A stretch of 64,000 nt of DNA from Dehalococcoidia bacterium (GCA_963663235.2 CAXXNO010000012.1:352001-416000); one strand, 5' to 3'; numbered from the stretch's first letter, positions 26,246 through 37,683 are shown. Made by a program: numbers and translations. Notes: generated by a model from the letters alone, not told the origin.

Positions 26246-27079
26246 CTAGCCTGCCCGTCCCAGGAAAGGCTCCACCGCCTCCAGGAGCCGCTGCGGCTGC
26301 TCGACCATGACCGCGTGCCCGGCATCGGCCACAGTAACCACGCGGCAGTCGTCGATTTCCGCGGCCATCGCCTCGGCGGCCTCAGGGGGTAGATCGGCAC
26401 TTTCGGCGCCCCGCACCAGAAGCACGGCGCAACGGATCCGGGCCAGCCAGGGGCGGACGTCCCAGCGATCGGGGTCGGCTCGTGCTGCGGGGGCCCACTT
26501 GGGGACGTGCCCGCCCTCAGCCGCTCGAAACAGGTACGGCACCAGCCAGGTGAGAGTGGCATCATCGGCGCGGGGCGCCGTGGCCCGCGCCGCCTGGACG
26601 AGCGCTTCGTAGCCCTGCAGCAGCGCGTGTCCTTCGTCGCCGGCCGCCGGTCCCGCCTCGCCGCCCCCCGGCCCCGCCCGGGCCGTCGGCTCAACCAGCA
26701 CGAGCCGCTGCACGGCCGTCGGATACGCCCCGGCCAGCATGGCCCCGAGGACAGCGCCGAAGCCTTGGCCCATCAGGGCATAGCGCCCGATCGCCAGTCG
26801 GGACAGCAACGCCTCGATGTCCGCCCGGTGCTCTCGCGGTCCGTAGGCCGGCGGGCTGACGTGCTCTGAGTCGCCGTGGCCTCGGAGGTCCGGCGCGATC
26901 ACCAGACGCCCCGCCATCAACCGACTGGCCACCGGGTCCCAAACATGGCTCTGGCCGGTGACGCCATGGAGGCAGAGTAGGGGTGGCCACCGCTTCTCCT
27001 CCGGCCCCCACTCCAGCCACGCCAGATCGTGTCCGTTCAGCGTCTCAAAGCGCTCGTGGAAGGCATCCAGTGATGGCAC
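26246..27079 (-). CDS. Alpha/beta hydrolase fold protein
   Basis: CLHGVTG, PDLRGHGDS, AGHAV; nucleophile elbow reads GQGFG. Confidence 0.8.
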   Translation of the reverse strand: MPSLDAFHERFETLNGHDLAWLEWGPEEKRWPPLLCLHGVTGQSHVWDPVASRLMAGRLVIAPDLRGHGDSEHVSPPAYGPREHRADIEALLSRLAIGRYALMGQGFGAVLGAMLAGAYPTAVQRLVLVEPTARAGPGGGEAGPAAGDEGHALLQGYEALVQAARATAPRADDATLTWLVPYLFRAAEGGHVPKWAPAARADPDRWDVRPWLARIRCAVLLVRGAESADLPPEAAEAMAAEIDDCRVVTVADAGHAVMVEQPQRLLEAVEPFLGRAG

Positions 27080-27183
27080 CGCTCCAGACTAGCAACCGTC
27101 GGCCCGGCCCCGCCCGCCGTTCAGTCTCGAGCGAGTGCCACCTCTGGCCGGACGCCCTCCCCCTCCACCGTGGGCTACCCTGT

Positions 27184-27211
27184 ATCCACAGGAAGATATA
27201 TTATGTAATAC
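27184..27211. other. dif-like (Xer) site candidate
   Basis: ATCCACAGGAA-GATATA-TTATGTAATAC; the right arm resembles the XerD arm TTATGTnAAnT. Confidence 0.45.
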
Positions 27212-27324
27212 AAGATGCGTCCTCGATAGGGTTGACCGCCCGGTCTCAAGAGGCTTCAATTCGAGGGTAGGAGTTTCCGCTAAACGGAATACTCCCTTTG
27301 CCCGTTCCGAAAGGGGACGTAACT

Positions 27325-27522
27325 ATGGCCTTTTCGACGACCAACTCTAGAGGGCAGACCTACTACCTGCACGGCAAAGACGTCATGCTGAAGAACGGCC
27401 ACGAGCAGCGGATTTACTACTTCGCCAAGCAGCCCAAGGCAGAGGCGATCGAGGCTGTCCCGGCCGGCTACATGATCTCCGAGAACAGCCGGACCGGACT
27501 GCCCGTCCTCAAGAAAGCCTAG
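27325..27522 (+). CDS. Small hypothetical protein (65 aa)
   Basis: AAAGGGGA RBS; NSRGQTYYLH..IYYFAK..ENSRTGLPVLKK. Confidence 0.8.
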   Translation: MAFSTTNSRGQTYYLHGKDVMLKNGHEQRIYYFAKQPKAEAIEAVPAGYMISENSRTGLPVLKKA

Positions 27523-27544
27523 ACCACGGTCAACAGGCCTTGTG

Positions 27545-28354
27545 CTACTGGCCGCCGAGCAGCGCCATAGCCTGATCGTGCGCCCGCCGGTCGCCCGCCG
27601 CTAGGACGCCGCCGCCGGACTGCAGCCCCAGCGCTCCGCCTGACCAGTCCGTGATCACGCCACCCGCGCCTTGCACCACGGGCGCGAGCGCCAAGAAGTC
27701 GTGCGGCTGCAAGGAGGCCTCCGCCACCAGGTCGACGAACCCGGTCGCCAGCAGAGCGTACGCGTAGCAATCGGCGCCGTAGCGCACCGTACGCACCGCC
27801 GACCGCACCCGCGCGAACGCCTCCGCATCGGCGCCCTGAAACATTTCGGGTGCGGTCGCATAGAGCATCGCCAAGTCCAGCCGCGGACAAGCGCGGACCC
27901 GGACCGGCTCGCCGTTCAGCGTGGTCAGCGCACCCGCGGTCCCCGTGGTGATGCCGACCCAGCGTTCGTGCGTGATCGGCTGGTCGATGATGCCGAGTAC
28001 GGGCGCTCCGCGATGCAGCAGCGCCACCAGCGTCCCGAATGATGGCTTGCCACTCACGAACGCCTTGGTGCCGTCGATCGGGTCGAGCACCCAGACGTAC
28101 TCCGCATCCGGCCGCTCACTGCCATACTCCTCGCCCACGATGCCGTCGCTCGGACGCTCCGCGCTGATCAGCGAGCGCATCGCCACTTCCGCCTCGCGAT
28201 CGGCAACGGTCACTGGGCTACGATCGGGCTTTTCCTCTACGGCGATCGGCGTCCGAAAGTACGACCGCACTACCGCAGCCGCAGCATCGGCCACGCGTTC
28301 AGCCAGAGCTCGATGCACGGGCAGCACAGCGTCGGTTCCTGGAGAGAATCCCAT
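27545..28354 (-). CDS. hisN: Histidinol-phosphatase (inositol monophosphatase family)
   Basis: SPVTVADREAE, GEEYG, WVLDPIDGTKAF, GADCYAY. Confidence 0.8.
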   Translation of the reverse strand: MGFSPGTDAVLPVHRALAERVADAAAAVVRSYFRTPIAVEEKPDRSPVTVADREAEVAMRSLISAERPSDGIVGEEYGSERPDAEYVWVLDPIDGTKAFVSGKPSFGTLVALLHRGAPVLGIIDQPITHERWVGITTGTAGALTTLNGEPVRVRACPRLDLAMLYATAPEMFQGADAEAFARVRSAVRTVRYGADCYAYALLATGFVDLVAEASLQPHDFLALAPVVQGAGGVITDWSGGALGLQSGGGVLAAGDRRAHDQAMALLGGQ

Positions 28355-28525
28355 TGCCGATAGTTTCCTGGTCCGGCATCAGAAAAGGAAGCAGGTTGCG
28401 GGGAGGCCGATTGTCGCCACGGGGAACGCCCCCTATATTGAGGGCCTTGCCGTCCCAGGGGAATTGGGCTTCACGGCTCGACACCGCGCACATGCGACCG
28501 GCTCTGGTTAAAGGAGGACCCAACC

Positions 28526-29608
<1,083 letters not shown>

Positions 29609-29609
29609 C

Positions 29610-30548
29610 GTGCTCACGGCCCTGCTCCTCTACATCGCCTGGCGACTGCTGGCCCCACTCGTGCGCGCCTTACCCGTGCCCCTCACCTACGCGCTCGGCG
29701 GCGCCATTGTCGAGTGTTCCATGCTGGCCTGGCCCAGCGGCCGCCGCGCGCTGCGTGAGAACCTGGCCGTCGTCCTGAACACGCGCGACCGGCGGATTAT
29801 CGACTATTGGGCCGGGCGTCACTGCCGCCGCTACGGCGAATACCTCATCGATGCCATCCAACTTGACTCCCACACGCCCCAAGAGTGCCGCGCCGCGGTC
29901 GAGACCGATGACTGGCCCGCCCTGGAGCAGGCCGCTGCCGAAGGGCCCCTGATCCTGGCCCTCATGCACTGCGGGAACTGGGACGTGGCCGGCGGCGCGG
30001 TCGCCACACGCATCGGTCCACCCATCGTGCTGGTCGGATCGCTCGGGCACCCCCGGCTGGATGCAGCCGTCCAGGGCGCCCGAGCCCGGATCGGGATGCG
30101 CCCAATGCCCGTTGAGGCCGGCACGCTGCCGGTCCTGCGCGCGCTGAAGGCTGGGGCCACGGTCGGCATCCTTTTCGACCGTCCGCTCTCGCCGGCGGAA
30201 CCCGGCATCGACGTCACCTTCTTCGATCATCCTTGCCGCTTGCCCACCGGCTTGGCCCGGTTGGCTCTGGCCAGCGGGGCGCGCGTCATCCCCGTCGCGC
30301 CGATTCGCCGGTCCAGCCGCGCCTTCCGCTTCCAAGCGCTCCTCGATCTCGACTTCTGCTACCGGCCCACCGCCGACCGCGACCATGACGTGCGCGCCCT
30401 CACCCAAGCGGTCCTGGACGTCTACGAGCGTTGGGTGCGCCGCTATCCCGACCAGTGGTACCAGTTTCGTCGCTTCTTCCTTCCCTACCCAGCTGGACCG
30501 CTCCCGCAAGACACAGATTCAGTGCCCACGGGCATCGAAAACCCATGA
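29610..30548 (+). CDS. Lysophospholipid/PIM acyltransferase family (PatA/LpxL-like)
   Basis: HCGNWD, FDR, VRRYPDQW. Confidence 0.85.
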   Translation: MLTALLLYIAWRLLAPLVRALPVPLTYALGGAIVECSMLAWPSGRRALRENLAVVLNTRDRRIIDYWAGRHCRRYGEYLIDAIQLDSHTPQECRAAVETDDWPALEQAAAEGPLILALMHCGNWDVAGGAVATRIGPPIVLVGSLGHPRLDAAVQGARARIGMRPMPVEAGTLPVLRALKAGATVGILFDRPLSPAEPGIDVTFFDHPCRLPTGLARLALASGARVIPVAPIRRSSRAFRFQALLDLDFCYRPTADRDHDVRALTQAVLDVYERWVRRYPDQWYQFRRFFLPYPAGPLPQDTDSVPTGIENP

Positions 30549-31420
30549 TTTGGGCCGTCACTATCGTCGTGCTGCGGGCGCTGGCCTCGGTCGTCCCGGC
30601 TCGATTCCTCTATCGCGTGGCGCGCTTCGCCGGCACGCTCGCACTGCCGATCATGGAACGGAGGCGCCTCCGCGTCCGCGCCAACATGCAGCGGCTCCAG
30701 CCGCAGTGGACCGCGCGCGAACTCGATCGCGGAGTGCAGGCTGTGTTTCAAGAGACCGCCTGTTACTACGTCGATCTGGCGCTCCTGCTGCCTCGCCGCC
30801 CCGAGTGGATCTTGGAGCAGCGGCTGGAGATCGAGGGGCTGGGGCACCTCCAGAGCGCCCTCACGGCAGAGAACGGGGTCGTGATGGTCAGCGCTCACCT
30901 CAGCAATCCCGAGGTGGCCATCCAAGCGCTGCCTGCCCTGGGAGCCCGCGCGACGGTGATCGTGGAGTCGCTGCGCAGTCCGCTGCGTCAGCAGGTCATG
31001 CGATCGCTGCGAGAGGCGGGCGGCCATCGCTTCGTCCCCGCGACGCTGGACGGCGTGCGCGACGCCATCGGGACCCTCAACGGGGGTGGCGTTGTGGCAG
31101 TCCTGACCGACCGTGACATCCAGGGGGGCGGGATCTGTGTCCCGTTGGCCGGGCGGCTCGCCCGCTTCCCCACCGGGGCGATCGACTTGGCCCTCCGTAC
31201 GAACGCGACGCTGCTCCCTGCCTTTGCGACACGCATCCGGGACGATCGCTTTCGCGTCGTCTTCCTAGAGCCCGAATCGCTCCCCCATGACGATGATCGG
31301 GCCCGGGCCGTACGCGCCGGGCTCGCTCGCCTGATCGGACGGCTGGAGCCACACATCCGGGAGCACGTCGACCAATGGCGTGTATTCGAGTCGCCCTGGC
31401 GGTCCTGTCGCGATGCCTGA
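30545..31420 (+). CDS. Second lysophospholipid/PIM acyltransferase
   Basis: SAHLSNPE, LTDRD, IREHVDQW; ATGA overlap. Confidence 0.82.
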   Translation: MIWAVTIVVLRALASVVPARFLYRVARFAGTLALPIMERRRLRVRANMQRLQPQWTARELDRGVQAVFQETACYYVDLALLLPRRPEWILEQRLEIEGLGHLQSALTAENGVVMVSAHLSNPEVAIQALPALGARATVIVESLRSPLRQQVMRSLREAGGHRFVPATLDGVRDAIGTLNGGGVVAVLTDRDIQGGGICVPLAGRLARFPTGAIDLALRTNATLLPAFATRIRDDRFRVVFLEPESLPHDDDRARAVRAGLARLIGRLEPHIREHVDQWRVFESPWRSCRDA

Positions 31421-32210
31421 TCGCGGGCTCGACGCACCGCCGCCACCCCGACTCGGTGTCGCCGACCTGCAGACGCACACCACGCACAGTGACGGCATCG
31501 GCACGCCGGAAGCGATGGTCCGTTGGGCCGATGCCCACACCGATCTCGATGTGCTGGCGGTCACGGACCACGATGACCTCAGCGGCGCCGTGGCCGCGCG
31601 CGCTGCGGCCGAGCGACTCGGCAGCCGCATGCAGGTCATCGTCGGCATGGAGATCACCACGCGCGGCGGTCACTTGCTAGCGCTGTTCCTGGAGGAGCCG
31701 GTGCCTTCGTTCCGTTCCCTCGCCTCTACGCTGGAAGCGGTGCACGCGCAGGGCGGGCTATGCGTCGTGCCGCATCCCCTCAGCGTGCTGCCCCCGAGCA
31801 TTGGGCGCCGCGCTATCGATTGCCTTGGGACGGAACGACGCGACGGCCGCCACCTGGACGCCGTTGAGTTGGCCAACCCGGCGCACCTCGCCCGCCTAGC
31901 AAGCGCGCGCGTGCGCCGGCTCAACGCCCGGCGCTGGCACCTCGCTGAAACCGGCGGCAGCGACGCCCACCTGCCCGAGGCGATCGGCGGCGCCGTCACG
32001 CGCTTTCCCGGCCGCAGCGCCGATGACCTGCGCCGGGCCCTCCTCGCCGGCCTCACCGTGGCCGAGATGCGCACGGCCATGGGACTGCGAGAGATCGGAG
32101 CGCGACGCCTAACCGAACTGCAGCTGCGTGCGCTGATTGCAACACCGCGCAACGCCGTCTGGCGTCCCCTGCGATCGCGCCTGGACCGCCGCCGGCAAGG
32201 CATCGGCTGA
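31413..32210 (+). CDS. PHP-domain phosphoesterase
   Basis: DLQTHTTHSDG, VTDHD, GGSDAH. Confidence 0.88.
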   Translation: MPDRGLDAPPPPRLGVADLQTHTTHSDGIGTPEAMVRWADAHTDLDVLAVTDHDDLSGAVAARAAAERLGSRMQVIVGMEITTRGGHLLALFLEEPVPSFRSLASTLEAVHAQGGLCVVPHPLSVLPPSIGRRAIDCLGTERRDGRHLDAVELANPAHLARLASARVRRLNARRWHLAETGGSDAHLPEAIGGAVTRFPGRSADDLRRALLAGLTVAEMRTAMGLREIGARRLTELQLRALIATPRNAVWRPLRSRLDRRRQGIG

Positions 32211-32359
32211 CGATTACAGCGGTCAGTCCGGGCGCCGTTGTCCCGCCGTCCGCGTCCACGCGCACACCCCACACCTAGCCGCCAAGTGATCGCCCTGTAT
32301 CATCGCCCCCGCGGGCCGATCGTCCGGACGCAGCGGACGGACGCGGTCTTGCGGAAAGA

Positions 32360-33007
32360 ATGCGCGTGTCCCTCATTCCGCACTCCCTGCCTCCCGGCCT
32401 GGGACGACGGCTCGGCGAAACGGCGGCGCGCACCCGGCTGAGCCCCAACGCGCTCACGTGCATCGGACTCGTGGGTCACGGCGGAGCCGCGGCGCTCGCG
32501 GCGTACGGTCACTTCTGGCAGGCGGGGCTCGTGCTTGTATTCGCCTCCGCCTTCGACCTCCTCGACGGCGCAGTCGCCCGCGCCACCGGCCGCGCCACGC
32601 GGGGCGGCGCGATCCTGGACGCCGTCGCCGACCGGGTCGCCGAATTCGCGATGCTCTTGGGGTTGCTCGTCTGGTTCAGCACCCCCAATCATTTTGACCG
32701 CGAGACGATCATTCTGCTGGGCGTGGTCCTGGCCGGCTCGATGCTGGTGCCCTACACGCGCAGCAAGGCGGCGGAGTTCGGAGTTCCACTCCCCCACCAG
32801 GGCCTGGGCACCCGCGATTCGCGCGTGGTGATCCTGAGCATCGGCCTGTTCGCCAACGAGATCACCGCGGTGCTCTGGATCCTGGCGGTGTTCACGAACC
32901 TCACCGCCTTGCAGCGGCTGGCCCAGGCGCTTTGGGCCGTCCGCCATGACGATGGCTCTGAGCGTGAGAGCGGGAACGCCGAGGAATCCGAGATCGACCG
33001 CCCCTGA
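32360..33007 (+). CDS. CDP-alcohol phosphatidyltransferase (PI/PIP synthase-like)
   Basis: SPNALT, DLLDGAVAR...G.ILDAVADR. Confidence 0.88.
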   Translation: MRVSLIPHSLPPGLGRRLGETAARTRLSPNALTCIGLVGHGGAAALAAYGHFWQAGLVLVFASAFDLLDGAVARATGRATRGGAILDAVADRVAEFAMLLGLLVWFSTPNHFDRETIILLGVVLAGSMLVPYTRSKAAEFGVPLPHQGLGTRDSRVVILSIGLFANEITAVLWILAVFTNLTALQRLAQALWAVRHDDGSERESGNAEESEIDRP

Positions 33008-33030
33008 CGGGCGATTGAACGGAGATACCC

Positions 33031-33849
33031 ATGCCCATCCCAGCCGGCGAGCTGGCCGCCATCCAGGAACGCCTCGAGGCCGAGCTGCGCGCACCCGTCA
33101 AGGTCGACTACTTCTATCAGCGGAAGAGCGCCCTGCTGGTGCCCGGCCAGGAGCCCTGTCGCAGTTGCGAGGAGGTGAAGACGGTCCTGGAGCAGATCGC
33201 GACGCTGTCCGATCGGATCGACCTTCACGTGTACGAGTTCCAGGACGAACAAGCGCTGGCGCGCAAGCGCAGCATCGACCGGGTTCCGGGCATCGTCCTG
33301 CGCGGCGAGATCAACCGCCCCCTGCGCTTCTTCGGCTTACCCGGCGGCGTCTTTTTCCCCGTCTTCCTCCAGGCGATGTTCGAGGCGGCCAGCCCCCCGA
33401 CCGAGCCGCCGGTGGACGTCTTGCGGCCGCTGAAGAAGCTGCGCGCTCCCGTAAGCCTACGCGTCTTCGGATCGCCGAGCGACGAAGCATCTGGCGTAGC
33501 GGCGCTGCTGGTCTATCGATTGGCCCTGGCGTCGCCACGCGTTGATGCCGCGGTCTACGACATCGACGAGTTCCCGGCGTTGGCGGAGCAATTCGGCGTG
33601 CGGGCCGTGCCCGCCACAATCATCGACGATCGCACCGGCCTCGCGGGCGTTGTGGAGAACGGGGCCGATCTGGCGGCCTATCTGTTGGAGCGCCAAGCGC
33701 ATCCGCAGAGAGCGAGCCTGCACCTGCCCAAAGTGCGAGCAGGAAGCGCGCGCCCATGGGCACCCCCAGAGACGGGAGCGAGCGAAGGCCAGCCGACGGC
33801 ACCGGGAGAGCGCCGCACCCCCGGCGGCCTGATCCTGCCGGGCCTCTAG
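33031..33849 (+). CDS. Two-domain thioredoxin/glutaredoxin (PDO-like) protein
   Basis: CRSC in domain 1; FGVRAVPATII in domain 2. Confidence 0.7.
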   Translation: MPIPAGELAAIQERLEAELRAPVKVDYFYQRKSALLVPGQEPCRSCEEVKTVLEQIATLSDRIDLHVYEFQDEQALARKRSIDRVPGIVLRGEINRPLRFFGLPGGVFFPVFLQAMFEAASPPTEPPVDVLRPLKKLRAPVSLRVFGSPSDEASGVAALLVYRLALASPRVDAAVYDIDEFPALAEQFGVRAVPATIIDDRTGLAGVVENGADLAAYLLERQAHPQRASLHLPKVRAGSARPWAPPETGASEGQPTAPGERRTPGGLILPGL

Positions 33850-35486
33850 GTCTGCGTCCCGCCCTCCGAGTCATCGGGGCGGGGGAACGTCAGCGTCTCG
33901 ACACCGTCGTCTCCCGGGACCTCGGTCGAGCCCTCTGGCGGGGGCGCCGTCGACGCAAGAGGCTCTGGTGTCATCGGCGCACTCGACGGGAGCGTCAGCG
34001 GAGGCGCGGGGCCGGCTTCAGACGCGGCGGGCACCGGCCCCGGCCGTGTCCGACCAAGGAGCAGCCACAGCAGCAGCACGGCCAGTATCAGCACACCGCC
34101 GCTTACGCCTGTGACGACCTCGTCGGTCGGAAACTCGCCGCCGGTTGAAAACGGGGCCGGCAGCCGGCGGGTGCGCTGCCGCTCTTCGATCTCCGCCCGG
34201 CGCGCGGCGATTTCGTCATCCGTCCGTTCGACGGCGATATCCTCAGGGGTCGATTCGGTGACCTCCTCCGAGGGCGACGCCGCGTCCTCGGTCGCGCCCT
34301 CCACCGGCGCGACTTGCACGAGTTCGTCTTCGATCCGCGTGGAGCGGTCCTCCCCGCGGACCAGCGGCGCCAGGCCGACGCTCGCCCGGAAGGCCTCTTC
34401 CAAACCGTCGCGGTCGAAGCCGAACACCTGAAGGAGCGCATTGTCGGTCGTGTTGCCTTCTTGAATGACACGGAAGAGTTCGGCGAATACTTCCTCGCCG
34501 AACTCGGCGATGAGGAAAGTGACGATCGCCGCGGACTGCGCGTAGAAGAGTTCGACTTTGGCCGGGTCGCCGGGGTTGCTGCTGATGCCGCGCACAGTGA
34601 GCAGGGCGTCCCGATCGATCGCCGTGTTCAAGGAGAAGCCGCGACGGTTGAGCCAGTCGCCCTCCGCGTAGGTCGCGGTTCCCTCGTCGAGCCAAGCCGG
34701 TAGCCGGCCGATCCCGGCTTCGCCGGCGGCGTGCGTCAAAACGTGCGTCAGTTCATGGGCCACCACCCATTGAGTGGGGGCGAAGATGTGGATCAGATCA
34801 GCCAGCACGCGGCTGCCCAAGGTATCGATCAGCATCTCGAACGTTTCGCTCTGGACATGCTCCACGCCGCGCGCGTCGGCCACGCTGCTCCAGACGTAGA
34901 GGTTGATGGGAAAGTCGGGTTCAATGCCGAGAAGTCGCGACATCTCCTCGATCGTTTCCGCGCCGAAACTGAGCAGCCGACGTGCGGTCGCCTCATCTTC
35001 GTAGTAACGGATGAACAAGTTCCCCTCTTGGATCTGGAGCCACTCGTAGCGCGGATCTTCGTAACGGAAGACCCTCTGCTCGGTCTCGATCACCAAGCCG
35101 TCACTCAACGTCACTTGCCACTGCCACTCGATGTCCGCGCCCGCCGGGATATAGCCACGCCCCTGGTTTGTCGGAACATCCGTCACGAAGCGGACGATCT
35201 CGCCGGCGGTTACTTCGGCAGGCGCGCGAGTCACCGCACCCTCCGGCCGCACCCGGTAGAAGAGCACAGCCTCCGTCACCTCACCCCCGCCGGGCAGGAT
35301 GGCGCTGAACTCCAGATGCGTGGGGAAGTTGTTGGCGATCTGCGCGCCGCTGATCTCGGGCCCGCCTTGCGCAGCCAGCGGCCCGCCACCACCGGCAAAG
35401 GCCGCTAGGGCCAGCATCAGCAGAGCTGCGGCGACCAGCCGGCTGGGCCGGTGGCCTAGGCGCCTTGAGGGTCGAAACAAGCTCAC
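33846..35486 (-). CDS. Peptidase MA-family metallopeptidase, membrane-anchored
   Basis: HELTH, PAWLDEGTA, FYAQS; signal and C-terminal TM. Confidence 0.85.
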   Translation of the reverse strand: MSLFRPSRRLGHRPSRLVAAALLMLALAAFAGGGGPLAAQGGPEISGAQIANNFPTHLEFSAILPGGGEVTEAVLFYRVRPEGAVTRAPAEVTAGEIVRFVTDVPTNQGRGYIPAGADIEWQWQVTLSDGLVIETEQRVFRYEDPRYEWLQIQEGNLFIRYYEDEATARRLLSFGAETIEEMSRLLGIEPDFPINLYVWSSVADARGVEHVQSETFEMLIDTLGSRVLADLIHIFAPTQWVVAHELTHVLTHAAGEAGIGRLPAWLDEGTATYAEGDWLNRRGFSLNTAIDRDALLTVRGISSNPGDPAKVELFYAQSAAIVTFLIAEFGEEVFAELFRVIQEGNTTDNALLQVFGFDRDGLEEAFRASVGLAPLVRGEDRSTRIEDELVQVAPVEGATEDAASPSEEVTESTPEDIAVERTDDEIAARRAEIEERQRTRRLPAPFSTGGEFPTDEVVTGVSGGVLILAVLLLWLLLGRTRPGPVPAASEAGPAPPLTLPSSAPMTPEPLASTAPPPEGSTEVPGDDGVETLTFPRPDDSEGGTQT

Positions 35487-36602
35487 CGCACGCCGTCGGT
35501 CTGCGTCTCCCCCACCTGCGACTGAAGGTACGCCGTCAGCAGGGGATCCAGAACGCCGTCCAAGACCCGCTCCGGATCCGATGCTTCGTACTCCGTTCGC
35601 AGGTCCTTGACCATCTTATAGGGGTGCAGCACGTATGAGCGGATCTGATTACCCCAGCCCGCCTCCACGTGCTCACCCTTCAGCTTGCTCCGCTCTTCCT
35701 CCAAACGCTCTACCTCTTGCTCTAGGAGTCGCGCCTCCAAGACGCGCATGGCGCTCTCCTTGTTGCGGTAAAGCGAGCGCTCGTTCTGGCAGGTGACCAC
35801 GGTGCCGCTGGGGCGGTGGGTGATGCGCACGGCGGTGGCGTTCTTCTGCACGCTCTGACCGCCGTGTCCGCCCGCACGGAAGACGTCGATTCGCAAGTCG
35901 TCGGGGCCGATGTGCACCTCGGCCTTGCCTTCCACCTCCGGCATAACCTCCACCAAGGCGAACGAGGTGTGGCGGGCGTGCGCGGCATCGAAGGGCGAGA
36001 GCCGCACCAGACGGTGGACGCCACGCTCGCTGCGCAGCCAACCGTAGGCGTACCGTCCGTCAATCTCGATCGTGGTGCTCTTAATCCCTGCTTCGTCTCC
36101 AAGGCTCGTGTCGACGACCGTAGCGGTGAAGCCGCGCCGGTCGACCCAACGCAAATACATCCGCTGGAGCATCTCCGCCCAGTCCTGCGACTCCGTACCG
36201 CCCGCCCCGGCGTGGATCGCCAGCACCGCGTTGCGAACGTCGTAGGGGCCACGGAACGCCAGCTCGAACTCAAGCGCCGCCAGCTCCCGCTCGACAGCGG
36301 CGACATCGTCGGTCAAGTCGCCGATCACCGTCGTGTCGCTCTCGGCGGCGGCCAAGCTCAGCAACTCCGCCGCCTCGTCCAGCCGACGCTCCAGGCCTCG
36401 CCACGTCTCTACCAACCGCTGCCGGTCTGCCAAGCGCTGCAGCCCGGCGCGGGCCCGGTCTGGCTCATCCCAGAACTCGGGGATGGCGGCGGCGCGCTGC
36501 AGGTCGGCAACCTCCCGCTCGACGGCGGGCAGGTCAAAGACGCTCCAAGATGTCCGACACTCGGCGGCGCCGATCAGCGATACGCTCGCGCAGCTCGTCC
36601 AC
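35483..36602 (-). CDS. prfB: Peptide chain release factor 2 (+1 programmed frameshift)
   Basis: GTG 36602 MDELRER...LERL, then GGAG CGT CTT TGA C; SPF and GGQ motifs. Confidence 0.95.
36533..36539 (-). other. prfB +1 frameshift site CTTTGAC
   Basis: Canonical CUU-UGA-C with an upstream internal SD-like GGAG. Confidence 0.9.
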
Positions 36603-36700
36603 GTGGTTGCCCCCGGCCTCGACGCTCTTTCCACCGGCCGCCCTGGTGGGCCGGTGGTAAAACAGCCGTACTTCCAGTTTAGCGACCGGCGGGAGCCCGT

Positions 36701-37597
36701 CTATCCACGCCGGTATTGGCGCGCGGCGCGCACGACGTTAGTCAGAAGCATGGTCACCGTCATCGGCCCCACGCCGCCCGGCACCGGCGTAATGAACGAC
36801 GCCTTTTCGCGCACTGCGTCGAAGTCGACGTCGCCCACCAGACGGTAGCCGCGCTGCTTGCTGGCATCCTCAACGCGGTTGACTCCCACGTCCACCACCA
36901 CGACGCCCGAGCGCACCATCTCCGCGCCGATCATGCGCGGCCGCCCCGCGGCCGCCACCAGAATATCGGCCTGGCGAGTGAGCGCCGCGAGATCGGGGGT
37001 CGCGGTGTGACAGACGGTGACCGTGGCGTTGGCGCCCGCGCGCTTCTGCAGCAGCATGACCGCCAGCGGCATGCCGACCAGGGTGGAGCGGCCGACGATC
37101 ACCACGTGCTTATGCCCCGGATCGTTGCCGGTCCGCACGAGCAGTTGCTGGACACCGTGCGGAGTGGCGGGCAGGAAGCGCGGACGGCCCTGCAAGAGGC
37201 GGCCCTGGTTCTGGGGGTGCAAGCCGTCCACATCCTTCGTGGGCTCGAGCGCTTCGAGCAGCGAGTCCGCGTCAACGCCCTCGGGCAGGGGCAACTGCAC
37301 GATGATCCCGTCGACGGAAGCGTCGCGATTGAGCCGCGCGATCAGATCGCGCACGGTGGCGCCAATGTCGTCGGGGTCTCCGGCGCCGGAGAGCCGATGG
37401 ACCTCCGTTCGCACGCCAATCTCCTCGCTGGCAGCGGCCTTGGCGGTCACGTAGGAGTGCGAAGCGGGGTCGTCGCCGACCAGGATGACCGCCAGGCCGG
37501 GCAAGAGCCCGTCCGCTTTCAGCGCGCTCACCTGTATGGCCAGTTCGCGGCGGATGTTGGCGCTGACGGCCTTCCCGTCGATGAGTTGAGCGGTCAC
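36701..37597 (-). CDS. folD: Methylenetetrahydrofolate dehydrogenase/cyclohydrolase
   Basis: KDVDGLHP, GRSTLVG, TPVPGGVGPMT. Confidence 0.95.
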   Translation of the reverse strand: MTAQLIDGKAVSANIRRELAIQVSALKADGLLPGLAVILVGDDPASHSYVTAKAAASEEIGVRTEVHRLSGAGDPDDIGATVRDLIARLNRDASVDGIIVQLPLPEGVDADSLLEALEPTKDVDGLHPQNQGRLLQGRPRFLPATPHGVQQLLVRTGNDPGHKHVVIVGRSTLVGMPLAVMLLQKRAGANATVTVCHTATPDLAALTRQADILVAAAGRPRMIGAEMVRSGVVVVDVGVNRVEDASKQRGYRLVGDVDFDAVREKASFITPVPGGVGPMTVTMLLTNVVRAARQYRRG

Positions 37598-37683
37598 ACC
37601 AGGATGCTAGGTCTGCCTTGGATGTGCGGCAATGAGGCGGACCCTCGAAGGAGCGCGCAGGCCGCGTGCTAGAATCCCCGCCG

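Noticed and set aside
36603-36634. ORF-track N-terminus of prfB (MERASRPG...)
   Set aside because: The real gene starts at GTG 36602 in another frame and uses the CTT-TGA +1 frameshift
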